A stretch of DNA of 63,666 nt, the filler included, from Octopus bimaculoides (Eukaryota): NCBI RefSeq assembly GCF_001194135.2. It is 4 parts of 4 records of this genome, joined end to end, with 100 filler letters (N's around TTAATTAATTAA, not from the genome) between each part and the next. Parts side by side here need not be neighbours in the genome. Positions count along the whole stretch, not along the records: positions 9,042 to 39,933 come from NC_068981.1; positions 40,034 to 59,809 come from NC_068984.1; 2 more parts are not named here. One strand, given 5' to 3'. Shown here piece after piece: positions 38,293 through 52,762 of this stretch. The position numbers and the translations under genes are program-made. Every line of letters starts with the position of its first letter. The stretch's first letter is position 1. The notes under the pieces were generated by a model. The model was not told the DNA's origin, ran no database searches, and saw only the letters and a program-made list of their open reading frames with translations.

Positions 38293-38848
38293 TGTACGTG
38301 TACGCAGAGAGACAAAGTATAATAGCAATACCGTCAATATTTTAATCAAGTTGAGGTGAAAAATAACTGTATAAGTATCATTTGATATAAAGTTAATTAC
38401 GGAAATTTATGCTCCTAGTTATTATCTCATCTCGGTCTGCTTTGACTTTAATCATTTCGACGGTGAAGAAATATTTTGACTTAATCGCTTATGCCGTTTT
38501 ATACAGTGTGTTGTCATTAATCTATAGTAGAGTTTGAAAATTATTATTATTATGAATGTTTTCAAACGCTTTAAAATTGTTCTTGGCTTCAATATAATTT
38601 GATGTATATTTATCTGAGTCCTTCATCAGAGGAAATACAGTGCAGGTATTCGTATGTATTTGACAGCATTTATTGATTAAGCAAATGTAGCTGAGTTTTA
38701 ATCTAAACATACGATATTTTTTTATTAAAATAAACATAGCGTATTAAATGTGTGTGGCGGGGTCTATACATATACAGGCACACACATACACACAACACAT
38801 GCACGCACACACCAAACTTACACACGCACACATACACACACATACACA

Positions 38849-38998
<150 letters not shown>

Positions 38999-39899
38999 AT
39001 TTCTTGATATATTATATAACAATTTAATTAATAAAATATATTTGATTTAAAGGGTTAAACTAAATCGTATATTATTAAAATATTTGGGAACAATTTAAAA
39101 TAAACGCAGTATGATATTAAAGAAATTGACAACACTGTTGATTTATTAATACGGAAGAAGTCTTTATTCAGCCAGAAAAGACGCTTATATATTTACTTTA
39201 TATTTATCACATGTATACTGGTTTACACTACAATATATAGCATTTCTTTAATTATTGTACTGAGATCCTCAGCCATGTCATATTCTTTTTGGTTAATATA
39301 TATGATGAATGGTTTAATTTAAGGAATAGCTATAAACAGTTGTCATTTATATTGAAACATTCCTGAATTATGTTTATGAAATAATCATTTAAACAAACAA
39401 TGACTAATATATCGAAGCCTTGTATTAATAAACTATGCTATCATAAACTGTACTATGAATAAGCTATGACATTAAGGCATTCAACAACAATACTTATAAC
39501 AGATAAGGAAAAGAATATTTGGAACATCATTAATAGCAACGAAGTCAGCAAATACGATTGTCAAGAGTCGCTATTAATCACTATGTTAATATTCTGCATA
39601 TAACATAAGTATTTTGCAACGTGATGAATTGATTTGTGGTAAAATAATGAAATGCCTAGCATATATATTCATCGTAGATTGTATATGCACGATCTTTGTT
39701 ATACATTCAACACTGTGATCTGAATTAGTCCTTTTAATAATATCTTATTTTGATACTTGATTCTTGGGATATTTCTGTGCACTGAAAAATCTTCATATGT
39801 TTATCATTAATCTATTTAGAAATAGCGGCTTCTTGCGTGTAAAAAATAAGTGTTTTTCTATTAACACGATGTTATATATGAATCTATATATGTATATAC

Positions 39900-39933
<34 letters not shown>

Positions 39934-40033
39934 NNNNNNNNNNNNNNNNNNNNNNNNNNNNNNNNNNNNNNNNNNNNTTAATTAATTAANNNNNNNNNNN
40001 NNNNNNNNNNNNNNNNNNNNNNNNNNNNNNNNN
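39934..40033. other. Artificial scaffold linker N44-TTAATTAATTAA-N44
   Basis: As at 8942. Confidence 0.95.
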
Positions 40034-40185
40034 AGTCGAGGAAATCGACCCCAGGACTTATTCTTTAGAAGCCTAGTACTTATTCTATCGATCTCTTTTG
40101 CCGAACCGCTAAGTTACGGGGACATAAACACACCAGCATCGGTTGTCAAGCGATGTTGGGGGGACAAACACACACATACAAACAT

Positions 40186-40216
<31 letters not shown>

Positions 40217-40357
40217 CATATATACGACGGGCTTCTTTCAGTTTCCGTCTACCAAATCCACTCACAAGGCTTTGGTCGGCCCGAGGCTATAGTAGAAGAC
40301 ACTTGCCCAAGATGCCACGCAGTGGGACTGAACCCGGGACCATGTGGTTGGTAAGCT
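40034..40357 (-). mobile_element. Young family A SINE
   Basis: CpG-intact, near consensus. Confidence 0.9.
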
Positions 40358-40814
40358 AGAAAAAATAAGGTACACAAATATCTGGATGGTTGTACATTAA
40401 CAGATTTTTATTAATATGTCACATGTTTTTATAAATCATATATTAGCGCTTGCATCTATTCTAGTAGACTCACCAGATTTAATTTTTCTTGAGAGGATTT
40501 GTCTCTTTTTAAAGTATTATTGAATGTGTAGGAGTGGAGAGAGATATATAGAATACTAAAAGCAGGTGAGGAATGGGGAGAAAGTGAGAGAGAGTGTGTG
40601 TGTTTTTGTGTGTGTGTGTTTTTGTGTGTGTGTGTTTTTGTGTGTGTGTATGTGTGCCTGTGTATCTGAAAGGAGTGTCAATAGAAAAGAGAAGGAGAGA
40701 AAGAAGGAAGAGTGAAAGAAGAAAGAAAATTGTGTTTACAGCTGGTCAGTGTTTTCAATAGAAGATGACAGTTGATTCTTGGCCTTTAACCATGAACAGA
40801 TAATATACCCTTTT

Positions 40815-40995
40815 CTGTTCTAGGCACAAGGCCCAAAATTTTTGGGGAGGAGGTCAGTCGATTAGTTCCACCCCAGTATGCAACTGGTACTTAATTTATT
40901 GACCCTCAATAGGATGAAAGTCAAAGTCAACCTCAACAGAATATGAACTCGGAACATAAAGACAGATGAAATACCACTAAGCATTTCACCTGGAA
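40815..40995 (-). mobile_element. Family B SINE, CpG-decayed
   Basis: ttattgaccc, gtcaacctc, atgaaatacc, tttcacctgg where other copies have CG. Confidence 0.8.
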
Positions 40996-42189
40996 CAGAT
41001 AATATACTATAATCTAAAATGCAAGATAATAACACTTTAACAAGTTAGGGGAACTTGGTAGTGTCCATACAGGTAAAATGGCTTAATGAGTGGTGAGTAA
41101 TTTACTTTTGAGATGTGATAATTAGGAATTGCTAAAATATTTGCCAGATTTAAAAATAAGTACAGGGTTCAAATTTGTTTACTAAAACCTTTGAAGGTAA
41201 TGTCCCAGCATGCTGAAAATCCAGTCACTGAAAAAAGTAATTGCATATTATTTTCTCCTCTGAAGTATCTTTCTAAAGTTGTTGGTAAAAATGGTACTAA
41301 TTTTTTGCCAATCTCATTGACTTATTCAATAAATTATAGGCCCATCATTATGGAAAAAATAATAGAAGTAAAACTTCAATCATATCCCTGTTTCATTCTT
41401 ACCTTTAACTACAACTCAATGAACATACCATAGCAAACAATAATCTCTATCAGACATATTGGCTCTAGTTACACTAGTTGAAGGCAAATATCTTCACTGG
41501 TATCCCAAAGACATTCTGAAGGGGAAAAAAATGTAATATTTTTGCTGTTGTTTCTTTAAGTTATTCACACTTCTAGCTTGAAAGAGTCATTTACTATTTC
41601 TTCTCTTCACATATTGAAAAGTAACATTCTCTGTAAATCCCTTATTTAATCATTCTCTCTTTCTCTCCTCTTTTCTCTCTTCCCTCTCTCTCTATTTCTA
41701 TCCCTGTTTCTATTTTCTCCTTTAGTTAGTATGTCACAAGAATACTACAAAATGCTGTCGGTATAATTTTTCTTTCAAATGTAATGTTTTTCTGAAGATT
41801 GAATAGCTCCTTAAACACATCTGAAGCAGATTGTTATTCTCTTTCTTTTTAAAATGATAAAATAAAATAAAAATTCTGAACCATACCGCAACAGAAAATT
41901 ACATCATAATTTTCCTTAAGCTATGAGCCATAACTGTTTTTCTTGGGAACCAATTTTATGATAATCCCCACCCACTTGATAAATATTGCCAATGAAAAAT
42001 ACAGAGACTGGATTCTATTTTCATAAAAAAATATTCTACAGACTATAGTTCTCTCGTTATAAAGAGGTGATTTTTTTTCTGTGGACAGCTACAAAATACA
42101 AATAATATTTTGAAAACATTAATATAAAATAACATTAATCTGGCTTAAATTGATGCAATATTGATTTCTTGCAAATGAGCACATGATTT

Positions 42190-42780
42190 CAGTTAATATT
42201 ATAGTGCCAAAAGAGGAGGGGAAACACCTGGTATCTGGTATCCAAGATGGTCCAAGACTGGTAAGATCCATGTTGTAAATATTCAGCTTGAAACTCTGTA
42301 GGGTGATGGAAATATGAAAAACATAGTAGAGAGGCAGTGCAGTCTTTAGGGCACTGTAGGTAGTTGCTTGACAATTTCATGAGACTAAGGACCCAGTTCT
42401 GATTTATGTATGTGTTTTTTTTTTGTCAATGAATACTATATGGGCCAGTGCATTAGTTTATCAGGAGCCTATAAAGCTGGTAAGATGGCTCTATAGAGAA
42501 GTAATTCCACTGGTTTACAGTTCCAGGAAGAAATGGTTGGACAAAGATATTTATTGCAAAGGAATTTGGTTGGAATGGTACGAGAAGAGGTATATGAACT
42601 AAAACAGTAGTACACAACTTAGTTGTATAGAAAACCTGCAGCCATAGTAATTGGTATGAAAGAGGCAGATTGAAGACATGGTACACCTGTAAACTAGTGT
42701 TGTGAGCTTGGTAGTTATGATGAAAACAAACTAAAGAACTACCATCTTGAGAAGAAAGAGACATGTTGCATAATGTAGTT
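42190..42780 (-). mobile_element. CR1-like LINE 3' fragments
   Basis: ..QPFLPGTVNQWNYF.. and SITLQSFKLNIYNMDL C-terminal motifs followed by a UTR-like tail. Confidence 0.6.
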
Positions 42781-43279
42781 CAAGTTAAAAGAAGGATAGG
42801 ATGGTCATAACTGAAAAACCTTCAATCATAGGTCTTCTCACTCAGAACTGACCTTGGGTTAAACACCCACAACAACAACAACTGGAAGCCAATGACCAGC
42901 TAGTTGGACAAGAGACAAAAATATGATATCTATCACTCACGTTAGCAAGATATTTAAAAATACTTTTCATCCTCCAACACTTTAGAAATGAGTACCACTA
43001 TAATAATGTCCTATCTTATCTAAAAGTTTCATCAAATAAATTTATGGGTGAAGCATAAACGTGTGGTTAAGAGGTTTATTTTACAATCAAAGGTTCTGAG
43101 TTCAGTTCTACAGTGTTAGTCTCAGTTTGGCCAATGCCTTATAAGTAGAATTTGTTGTACAGAAAATGTACAGAAGCTCACCATATATGTAAGCATATAA
43201 ATGCATGAATGTGTCTGCTTATATATACTAGTGTAAATTCTGAGTTGTAACTCCATGTAAAAGGGAGTTACTCAACACA

Positions 43280-44190
43280 ATCTTTCACTTGTTTCATTCA
43301 TTAGACTGCGGCCATGCTGGGGCACTGCCTTGAAATTTTAGTCTAATCAATCGCCACCATTACTTATTTTAAAATCTGGGACTTATTTCATCAGTTCCTT
43401 ATGCCAAACTGTTAAGTTATGGGAACACAAACACACCAAAAATGGTTGTCAAGCAGTGGCGAGGGCACAAACACAAACACACACACCCACACACACACAC
43501 ACACAAGGTCCAGGAATCAAAACCACAATCTTATGACCTTGAGTCCAGTACTCAAACCACTAAGCCACGTGCCTCCATCATGTGACATGTAGGCCTCAAT
43601 TTGCTAAAAGTAATAGCAAAATTTCACTAGACTACCGCTTAACCATTTTGGTAAAGATTACATATAATCTTTTCTACTCTAGGGACAAGGCCTGAAATTT
43701 ATGGAGAGGGGGCCAGTCAATTAGATCGACCTCAGTATACAACTGGTATGTAATTTATTGACCCCGAAAGGATGAAAGGCAAAGTCAAGCTAGGTGGAAT
43801 TTGAACTCAGAACCTAAAGATGAATGAAATGCCGCTTAGCATTTTGCCCAGCATGTTAACGAATCTGCCAGCTCGCCACCTGAAAAGATTACATTTGTTG
43901 CCATGCTGGAGCACTGCTTTGAAGGATTTAGCTGAACAAATCACTCCAGTACTTTCGTTTTAGGCCTGGTGTTTATTCAATCAGTCTCTTTTGCCAAACC
44001 ACTAAGTTATGGGGAAATACACACACACACACACATACACACACACACACATAAATACAATAGCTTCCATCTACCAGATTCACTCACAAGGCATTGGTCA
44101 GCCTGGGGCAATTGTAGAAAATGCTTACCCAATGTGCCATGCAGTGGAACCAAATCCAAAAGAACGTCCTTGCAAAGAGAATTCCTCAAC
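43280..44190 (-). mobile_element. Cluster of CpG-decayed SINEs (A 43280-43500, C head 43505-43580, B 43675-43882, A 43900-44190)
   Basis: Alignable by eye to the younger copies. Confidence 0.8.
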
Positions 44191-44424
44191 TGCATTAAGA
44201 AAATGAAAATAATAGTTGTGTCATACAAGAAAATGCATCATGATGATGATGAGGGCTAGAATACATTTTTTTATTCTAGATCTACTCAATCAGAACTGAG
44301 CTGCAGGATAAACATTGATGATCAATGTGCCTCAGGATAAGGACACCTAATCACGTCAGAAAAAATTGTTCCTATTACACAAAGCTTTACTAAAAAGAAA
44401 AATTGAATACCATTTGTTTTAATA

Positions 44425-44925
44425 CCATCATCATCATCATCATCACTGACATCAGCAACATTGACTATGTCATTGCCATCATTATTGTTGTTGTTGTCGT
44501 CGTCATCATTGTCATCATCAGCGTCATCATCATCCTTTTCATTATTATTGTCATCATCATCATCATTATCATCATCATTGCCACCATCATTGTCATCGTC
44601 ATCATCATCATCGCCGCCATCATTGTCATCATCATCATCATCATCTTCATCAACTTTGTCATCATCATCAACTTTGTCACCATCATCTTCATCATCAACT
44701 TTGTCACCAACATCATCAGCATCATCGCCACCATCATCATCATCATCATCAACTTTGTTGCCATCATCGTCATCATCATTATCATCATTATTATTATCAT
44801 TGTTGTTTTCTTTGTCATCATCATCACCACCATCATCATCTTCATTATTATCATCATCATCTTTGTTGTTGTCATTGTCATCATCATCATCTTCATCGTC
44901 ATCATCGTTATCTTCATCATCAGTA
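44425..44925. repeat. ~500-bp degenerate (ATC)n array
   Basis: Directly visible; recurring catcaactttgtca sub-unit. Confidence 0.95.
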
Positions 44926-45667
44926 GGTTGTTAGAGAATATAAAATTGGTTTTTGTTTTCCTATTTATACATTTCTCATTTAAAACTTGGTTGGTAGGTG
45001 GGACGGGGCTCGTAATTCTTTCTTTTGCAACAAAAACAAAGAAAAACAAAGCGAGAAACTTTGAAGTCCAATTATAGAACAAATAAATATTATATATTCA
45101 TAACTCCATAACTAATTTTATATTTTTATAAATAGTCCTATTAAATGAATAAAACGCTAATAGTAAAAGACATAGGAACAATATGCTGAATAACTAACTT
45201 ATTTCTTATTTATTAAAGCAGTTTAATGGAATAATTTATTCCTACTGGTAATTTAATTTACATTTTTCAGAACTGCTTTTTGCAGATATTTATCAGTTTT
45301 TTTTGTTTTTGTTTTTTCGTTTTTTGTTTTGCTTTTGTTTTCAAGTCTTATGTTATGAAGCATAAGATATTCAAATTAAGTTACAACTATTTTGCAAGTT
45401 ACTGTTGCATGTTCTGCAATAATTTTATTTTCAATACAATCTTCTTTTTTTTTTTTTTTTTTTTTTTTTTTTGAAATAATCAAAGTTTTTATCTACATGT
45501 GTAATTAGTCATTCAAGTTTAAAAAATCTTTTCCTGTGTAGATAAAAAGTAGGAAAATGGCCTTATTTCTATCTCTGAGTTCAATATTTTGAGGTTTATA
45601 ATAATAAAAATTTAAATTTAAAAAAAAACAAAACAGTCAAACAAATAAAAAATATTTGCACATACAG

Positions 45668-46100
45668 CTGCAGAAGTGGCTGTGTGGTAAGGTGCTTGCT
45701 TCCCAACCACATGGTTGCAAGTTCAGTCCCACTGCATGGCACCTTGGGTAAGTGTCTCCTACTACATAGCCTTGTCAGTGGATTTGACAGATGGAAACTG
45801 AATCTGTCTGAATCCTTTTTATCTTCTTTACTTATGTATTTATTTTATTTTACTTTACTTAATCTTATATTTCTTACTTTATCTCCAATTTCTTTATTGT
45901 CCACAAGGGGCTAAACATAGAGAGGACAAACAAAGGGGTTAAGGCGATTACATCGACCCCAGTGCGTAACTGGTACTTAATTTATCGACCCCAAAAGGAT
46001 GAAAGGCAAAGTCGACCTCTGCGGAATTTGAACTCAGAACGTAATGGCAGACGAAATACCACTAAGCATTTCGCCCGTTGTACTAACGTTTCTGCCAGCT
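45668..46100. mobile_element. Family A SINE head (+, 45668-45810) and family B SINE (-, 45895-46100)
   Basis: gtggctgtgtggtaag..gttcagtcccactgcatggcaccttggg; gtcgacctctgcggaatttgaactcagaacg. Confidence 0.85.
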
Positions 46101-48199
46101 CAGAATATTTTTATATTCTTCAGCAATGCCATGTCAACTGCTTCTCTCTCTGTAAATCTAACCACCCTCTCTACTTATTACTCTTCTTTTTCTTTTTCCC
46201 CTCAAAAGCATCTACCACTCTATTACAATACCTCTCTCTCTTTCTACTTACTTCTCTCTTTAGCCTATTTCTACTATCTCACACTATCATTCTATTATGA
46301 ACCTTCAATATGGAAGTATTCTTCCTGGACATCTACAATATGAGGAATATTATCTTACCTGGATTCACATTGGATTGTACCAAAAATCTCATGGATTAGC
46401 ACCTGCACTATCAGAGAGAGAGAGGTGGTGGGAGGAGGCTACATCCTGAATGTTCCATTGGATCAAAGGTGAGAGGGCTAAATGAGGGTCTCAGTCGTTG
46501 CTTCTAATTACCTGAGTACCTAAAATAACTAGCAAAAGCATGCTAGAAATTATCAAATCATACGCAGTAGAGAAGGTCAGGCATAGTTTTTAGTTACTTG
46601 TACATTTTGATATGTCAGATACTTTACGTGGGTAAATAAATACTGATGGTATATTTTAAATTAGAAATTGAATTAGCCAAATAAATATTGATCTTTGCTC
46701 CTTATAATTTTCCTAGATAGTCTGATATTTTCAAATATTTACAAACAATTATTCTAAAGATCNNNNNNNNNNNNNNNNNNNNNCTCTCTACCTACACACA
46801 AAACAAGATAAGACTCTTAGTTACCATTAATTTGATTTTACCTATCTTCAGCAAATAGATATTTCTCATATAATTGTTCACTAAATATATGACAATCTAA
46901 ATAGATTTTGATAGAATTGAAACTATAGCAATATTCTGAGATCCCTGATTGAAAGTATTGTTGCTAAGGCAACAGATGTAAACTGGTCAAGAACACAATT
47001 GTGGTCAGCTTGAATTTCCTTCTTTTCATCCTTATAGGTTCATTAGATTTAAATAGGTGCAAAGCCATGTCAGAATAATTGATTGGCAAAGTGAAATAGA
47101 AATTTTATTCTTAAAATAATGTCATAACCCTAACTGCTTGATATTATTGATTATCTTAGCAAATATTGGTTGAGAGGTTATTGCTTAAAATGACATATCA
47201 GTACAATATATTCCACCCTCTGACTGATTTACCTTCTTTTAATCTGATTACTTGTAGTCATTTCTTTTTGACATTGCTATTGAGAAAGGAATAAACAGCA
47301 CAAAATCCTATTTCCCTTCTTCTATAAATTTGAAGCTCTTTTCCAATGTCAGAAATCAATCACAAGAATAACTGATACTATCTCGTATTTAGTATTACAT
47401 TCCTTGTTTTGGATTTCAGAAGATCAATACAGAGTGAGCAGCTCGTTCTTCAGACAATTCCAGTATTACACATCTTCTAAATATACCTAGCCAGTTCTTT
47501 TTGTAATTGCATTGTCAAAGTGGAAATGGCAATGACTAACTCTTTCCAAGGCCTCTGCAACTAGTTAAGTCATCCATGCTCTACAAACCTAGCTTAAATG
47601 CATGCAGTTGGATAGACTCTGCTAAATGCACCTACAGGTCAGGTGGTATTGTTAGACTGAGTAATGGATTGAGCCTACTCTCCAAGAAAAGGAACAGTCG
47701 CTGTGTAAAGCTTCCTCAGAATTTCTATTTACCAAATCTCATTCATGATACTTTGGCTGACACAAGGCTGATAAAAGACTCTTGCTAAGGTGATGGGCTG
47801 TGGGATCAAATCCAAAACCATATAGTTGTCAAGCAAATTTCTTAAGTGTGCAGCCATGGTGTACTCTATGTGAGAAATATGAATACTATATTATATCATC
47901 ATCATCATCATCACCACCACCACCGTCACCATCATCACTATCACCATCATCATCATCATCATCATCATCACTTGGTATCCAGTTTCCATGCACATATGGA
48001 CAGGACAGTTTAAAAGAATCTGCTACCTCACAAGACTGTCTCATTCTCCAGTGTCTGCTTTGGCATAATTTCTATGACTAGAGACCCTCCATCAATGATC
48101 ATGTGATGATATCATATTATATACTTTAGCATCTCATGTAAATTTATTTTTCATGGATTGGCATTATAGACATTGAATCTTTGACTTAAACCTTTATCA

Positions 48200-48735
48200 T
48201 CCACTGGGCAATAAACTGTGCTTGCAAGGACCTGTTGAGTGAAGTGAAGTGAAGTCATTGATGACAGTACCGTCTGATTGGCACCTGTGCTGATGGCATG
48301 TAAAAAGCACCATTCGAGTGTGGTCGATGCCAGTGTCGCCTGACGGTCCCATGCCAGTGGCACACAAAAAACACCATTCAAGTGTGATCGTTGCCAGTTC
48401 TGCCAGATAGGCTCCCATGCGAGTGGCACGTAAAAAGCATCATTCGAGCATGGTCATTTCCAGTGCTGCCTGACTGGCTCCCATGCTGGTGGCACATAAA
48501 AAGTACCATTCAAGCGTGGTCGATGCCAGTACTGCCCGACTAGCCCTCGTGCTGGTGGCACATAAAAAGCACCCACTACACTGTTGGAGTGGTTGGTGTT
48601 AGGAAGGACATCCAGCTGTAAAAACTTTGCCAGATCAGATTGGAGCCTGATGCAGCCTTCTAGTTTGCCAGCCCTCAGTCAAACCGTCCAACCCATGCCA
48701 GCATGGAAAGCAGACGTTAAACGACGATGATGATG
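48200..48735 (+). mobile_element. SINE with internal ~66-bp tandem array and RTE-like (GAT)n tail (Nin-domain-like)
   Basis: ggcac(g)taaaaagcacc unit at 48295, 48359, 48425, 48491, 48557; ends aacccatgccagcatggaaagcagacgttaaacgacgatgatga. Confidence 0.75.
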
Positions 48736-49189
48736 ATTACATTTTTAAATGTAATGCTTATTTATTCACATCATTTTGAATTAATCATACATTTTCTTGT
48801 AGTTTTGAGATTTAAATAATATGATTGCATATATTTAGAATAACATAAAACTGGTTGAATATTTGGATCTGATGTGGCTGGCTTAAATGCTAAAGAGTTA
48901 AGAACTATCAACAAACAATTAGAAATATGCATGCACACACACACACACACTTGCACAAACATGGATGTACTAATATATACATACATATATGCGTGTGTGT
49001 TTGTATGCATATGTGTGTGTGTTGTGGGGTTTAAGGTGTGTGAGTGTGTGTGTGTTTGATTGTTGAAAACCTTTTCCCTCTTAGAGAAACTTCAAGCTAT
49101 TTCTAGCAAAATATAATCTTTTGAAAGTCTGAAGTTCACATTTGAAATTAAGTAAATTTGATTTTTCGACATTCAAAGATGTAAGTTGT

Positions 49190-49400
49190 TGCTGATTAAA
49201 CTTTGATCAAACTTGATTGAAGAGACTTATGATCAAAGACAGCTATGGCAACCCCACTCTTTATTACAGACAAGAGAAAAAGAAGGAGAAACAAGGATAC
49301 TATGACCAACCCTGGCCAGTCCATCTTCCCATGTAGTCTTTGTTGTAGAGCCTTCTTGACCCAAATTGCACTCAACTCAATGGGTATCAGCAGGCCTACA
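49190..49400 (+). mobile_element. RTE LINE C-terminal zinc-finger fragment
   Basis: DKRKRRRNK..FPCSLCCRAFLTQIALNS resembles RTE ORF2 end. Confidence 0.6.
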
Positions 49401-49719
49401 ATAGACATTCTGCTCCATAAAACTTCTTTTGTGAATGATACAGCATGTGGAGTATTTGGCCATTGATGATGGTGAGAAAAATCAATAACAGCTGTGGCAG
49501 TTATGAAGATAAAATGCACTTCCTGCCACAAACCACACCATGGTAAAATAACAGGGAACCTCTTCCCAGGCAAGCAGAGGCATTAAACATTGGTTAAAAC
49601 AAAGTTTGAACATAGTTTGTGAGATGAGTGGTCCAGAATTGTAATTACAGCACTTTCTCCATTCCCATTTTCTCATTTTATAGGAGACATCCATCCATCC
49701 TTTTCTCTGTCCACTATTC

Positions 49720-50050
49720 CTGAGAAGGTTGTTATATTAGAATCCACAGGCATCTCTTCCTTTGGATTCTGTCAAAAGCCAACATTATTATACTTTCTTC
49801 ATAGATTCCCAAGTACGACCAGCTGAAACTAGGGATATTATGCAAACATCTCATTCTTGGTCTCTTACAAGGTCTCTTACCAGTTAGCATAGCTGGAAGA
49901 TTCCATCTTGCAGTTATTTCCTGTAACATTCTAGTTACATGTTTGTAGCACTGGAGCTGTGACCTTTCAATGTTGATCAGTAGTAGTTCAACATGGAGAG
50001 ATTCCCTGATCTCCACGCTAATCATTTCAAAGATCATTGGAAACATCAAT
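49720..50050 (-). mobile_element. RTE LINE 3' fragment
   Basis: EIRESLHVELLLINIERSQLQCYKHVTRM..GKRPCKRPRMRCLHNI. Confidence 0.8.
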
Positions 50051-52019
50051 CATTGATATTAGATATCCTCTATCTGAAATCATGAAATTACATTTGAGTG
50101 TATGATAATTATACTTAAGAAAATAAACATAATATTTTCAACTTAATCCTACAAATATTCTTTGAAAGACAGGTTTAGTTTCTTTCAATCATTATTATAA
50201 AGAAGTTTAACATTTTTGTCACTTTTTCCCTTAATAATGTTGATACTGATTATTTCAGAATTGTTCAACTAAATATATTTTGTAATCTTGAAACATAAAT
50301 GTCAAAAGAAGTTACAATTACTTAATATCTGTACATTTTTTTCTTTAGACAAACAAATTTCATATTCACATGTAACATAGATATATTAACTTAAATAGAA
50401 TGACAAAGCTCTGTAAAGAAAATAACATTAATCTAGATCTGTCTTGGCATTTTAATTATTCACATATTTTGTATTTTCTGATCCAATCTATGATGCTAGA
50501 AATATCTTCTTTTTAATAGTCGTAAAAATTCTTAAGTAAAGTAAAAAATTGAGGTATTCGCTACTTGATTGAATAAACAAGACTTTTCTATTTCTGTACA
50601 AAAGACAGGCTAGAAAGTATAGTCAAGGTGTATGATACTGCATACTACAAAGAATACTGAAAGTATTTAATACAAATTTGTATGAAAACTAGTGCATGAG
50701 AGGAAAATTGTGCCTTAAAGAAATCAACTGATTTCATCATTATCATAATCATTATAACTTCCACTTTTCTATGCACATATGGATCAGACAAAGTTTGTTG
50801 AGGTGGATTTTCTACAGTTGGATGCCCTTCTTGTTGTTAACCCTCACCTGTTTCCAAGTAAGGGAATATTTTCTCATAACTTAAGATTGGAAAGATTGGG
50901 AATAAGGGACACTGCTCGCATGATAGTGACAACTATTCCTTGATGTGAAAACAAGGAAACAGTAACGCATGCACACACATATATGTATATAGATATGTAT
51001 ATATTTATATATATATAATCATCATCATCATTGTCATCATCTTCATCATCATCAGAGTGTTACTGGTATTTAACTTATTAACTGTAAATGATTGAAGTCA
51101 AACTGAACAGTGGGAAAATTTGAATACAGAACTCAGAGATTTCAAATTATAGGAAGCATTTAGTTCAGTTTTTACCCTCTAGTTTTGAATCTTAGTAATA
51201 AAATTAGTTCTCAAAGATATCAAGTATCAGCTCTAGAAGGTTAACTTGGTCTTTCATCCTGTCCATATAAATGAAATAAGTACTAGTGATGTGATTAAAA
51301 CTTTGTAAAGCAGCCAGAGGGATAACAATTTTTATCTGGAGAGTTTTGATGCCTGCCTTTGTGTTCAAAGGTTAATCATAATATTTTATTTTCAGTCTTG
51401 TCTAGGTGTTCTGAGTTTTCAGGATGATTCAGGAAAAAATGTTATCCGCTGTGATTTTCAAAAGCTATAGTTTTAAACATTGTCATTTATAGCCTATCAA
51501 CAGTTATCTGAGTAGTACATTCTGTTGATAATATATTGAAAGAAAACCATTTGGAATATAAGTGACTATAAAATGCCAATAACACAATATATATTACAAA
51601 TACACAACTATAAAATATACAATAAATACATATATGGAATATTTGTGTATATTTACACATGTTAGTTTAGATATATGCAACAATACACATATTTAACTGA
51701 AGATTTACACATTTGTCCAGTTTTGTATCTTCTATTCTAACTTCAGTCTCACAAATTACATTAAGTAATTCAGTTTATATTTATATGTATATACACTTGT
51801 TAGTAGAGATATACACAGCACTTTACTACAGATCTACTATACATTTTACATATCAAAAGTAAGTCCAGGCAAACTTGGTGATACAAAGATAAAATTCTCT
51901 AAAACTCACCACAGAAAGTTATGCATAAGTTTATATCCACAAATTAGGATATGGCACATAATATAGACAAGAGAAGTCTTGTGACAAATATATTACATTA
52001 TAAGTTGAAACATATGGCT

Positions 52020-52560
52020 TTGCTGTCCAGTATCCGAAATAGTTGGTTAATGTAAAAGACAGAGACACCTCCAAGCCACAATAGTGCAATAGAAAATGTT
52101 GGTTGTGTTAAGCTAGTGTAGAAGATATTACCAATATATTCAGCAGCTCAAACAATAATGAAGTATTCCCTTCCTATGAGGCATGATGTTAGCAAAAATA
52201 GTGCATAATAAAATTTGCAGAGAGACTTGTCCTGATGAATAGACCAAAAGCACTATTCATTGTGATTGCATTCACAAATTTAGTTACAGAGAATATTGGT
52301 AAATCATTCAAATATAACACATCCACTGAGTGTAAAAAAAAGAAACCCCAGCCCTGTTCAAACAACTGTCAAATCTCACATGATATTGCAATTATATGGA
52401 AAAAGTGTTCATAAATAAAGAGAGTTGTTACTGAGCTCCCCAGAAACACTAAAGAAAATAATATTCTAAATGGCCACAGAATTGTTGTAAAATATAACAT
52501 AGCAAAGATCTGGAGAATAAATAAAGCACATATGAACAACATTCCATACATTAATATGTA
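52020..52560 (+). mobile_element. Decayed REL-endonuclease LINE (R4/NeSL-like) zinc-knuckle/REL region
   Basis: KCWLC*ASVEDITNIFSS..PMRHDV..VTENIGK. Confidence 0.55.
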
Positions 52561-52762
52561 TCACGGCATTTACACTGATTCTTAAAAAAGAAAGGATACA
52601 TTGGATATTGTGATCCTAGATACACTGTCTGAAAAACAACATAGCATGACTGTGAATGGAATGTTTTTGATCGGAGGTTTCTTTCATTGTGGTTGACTTA
52701 GGGCTATGAAACAATAACTACAAAACATATCCAACAGTGTTGGGAATTTTAAATATTTGTTG

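Noticed and set aside
42193-42260. Plus-strand exon-like segment NIIVPKEEGKHLVSGIQDGPRL with good donor
   Set aside because: Better explained as the antisense of a CR1-like 3' end
44403-45082. Long ORFs of 157-224 aa (poly-I, poly-S, poly-M)
   Set aside because: Translation of a degenerate (ATC)n array, open in several frames on both strands
48270-48575. CRISPR-like regularly spaced repeats
   Set aside because: Whole units are homologous with no unique spacers, no cas genes, eukaryotic SINE context
52380-52509. Minus-strand hydrophobic exon candidate with strong splice sites
   Set aside because: Antisense to a decayed REL-LINE region; hydrophobicity expected from T-rich antisense
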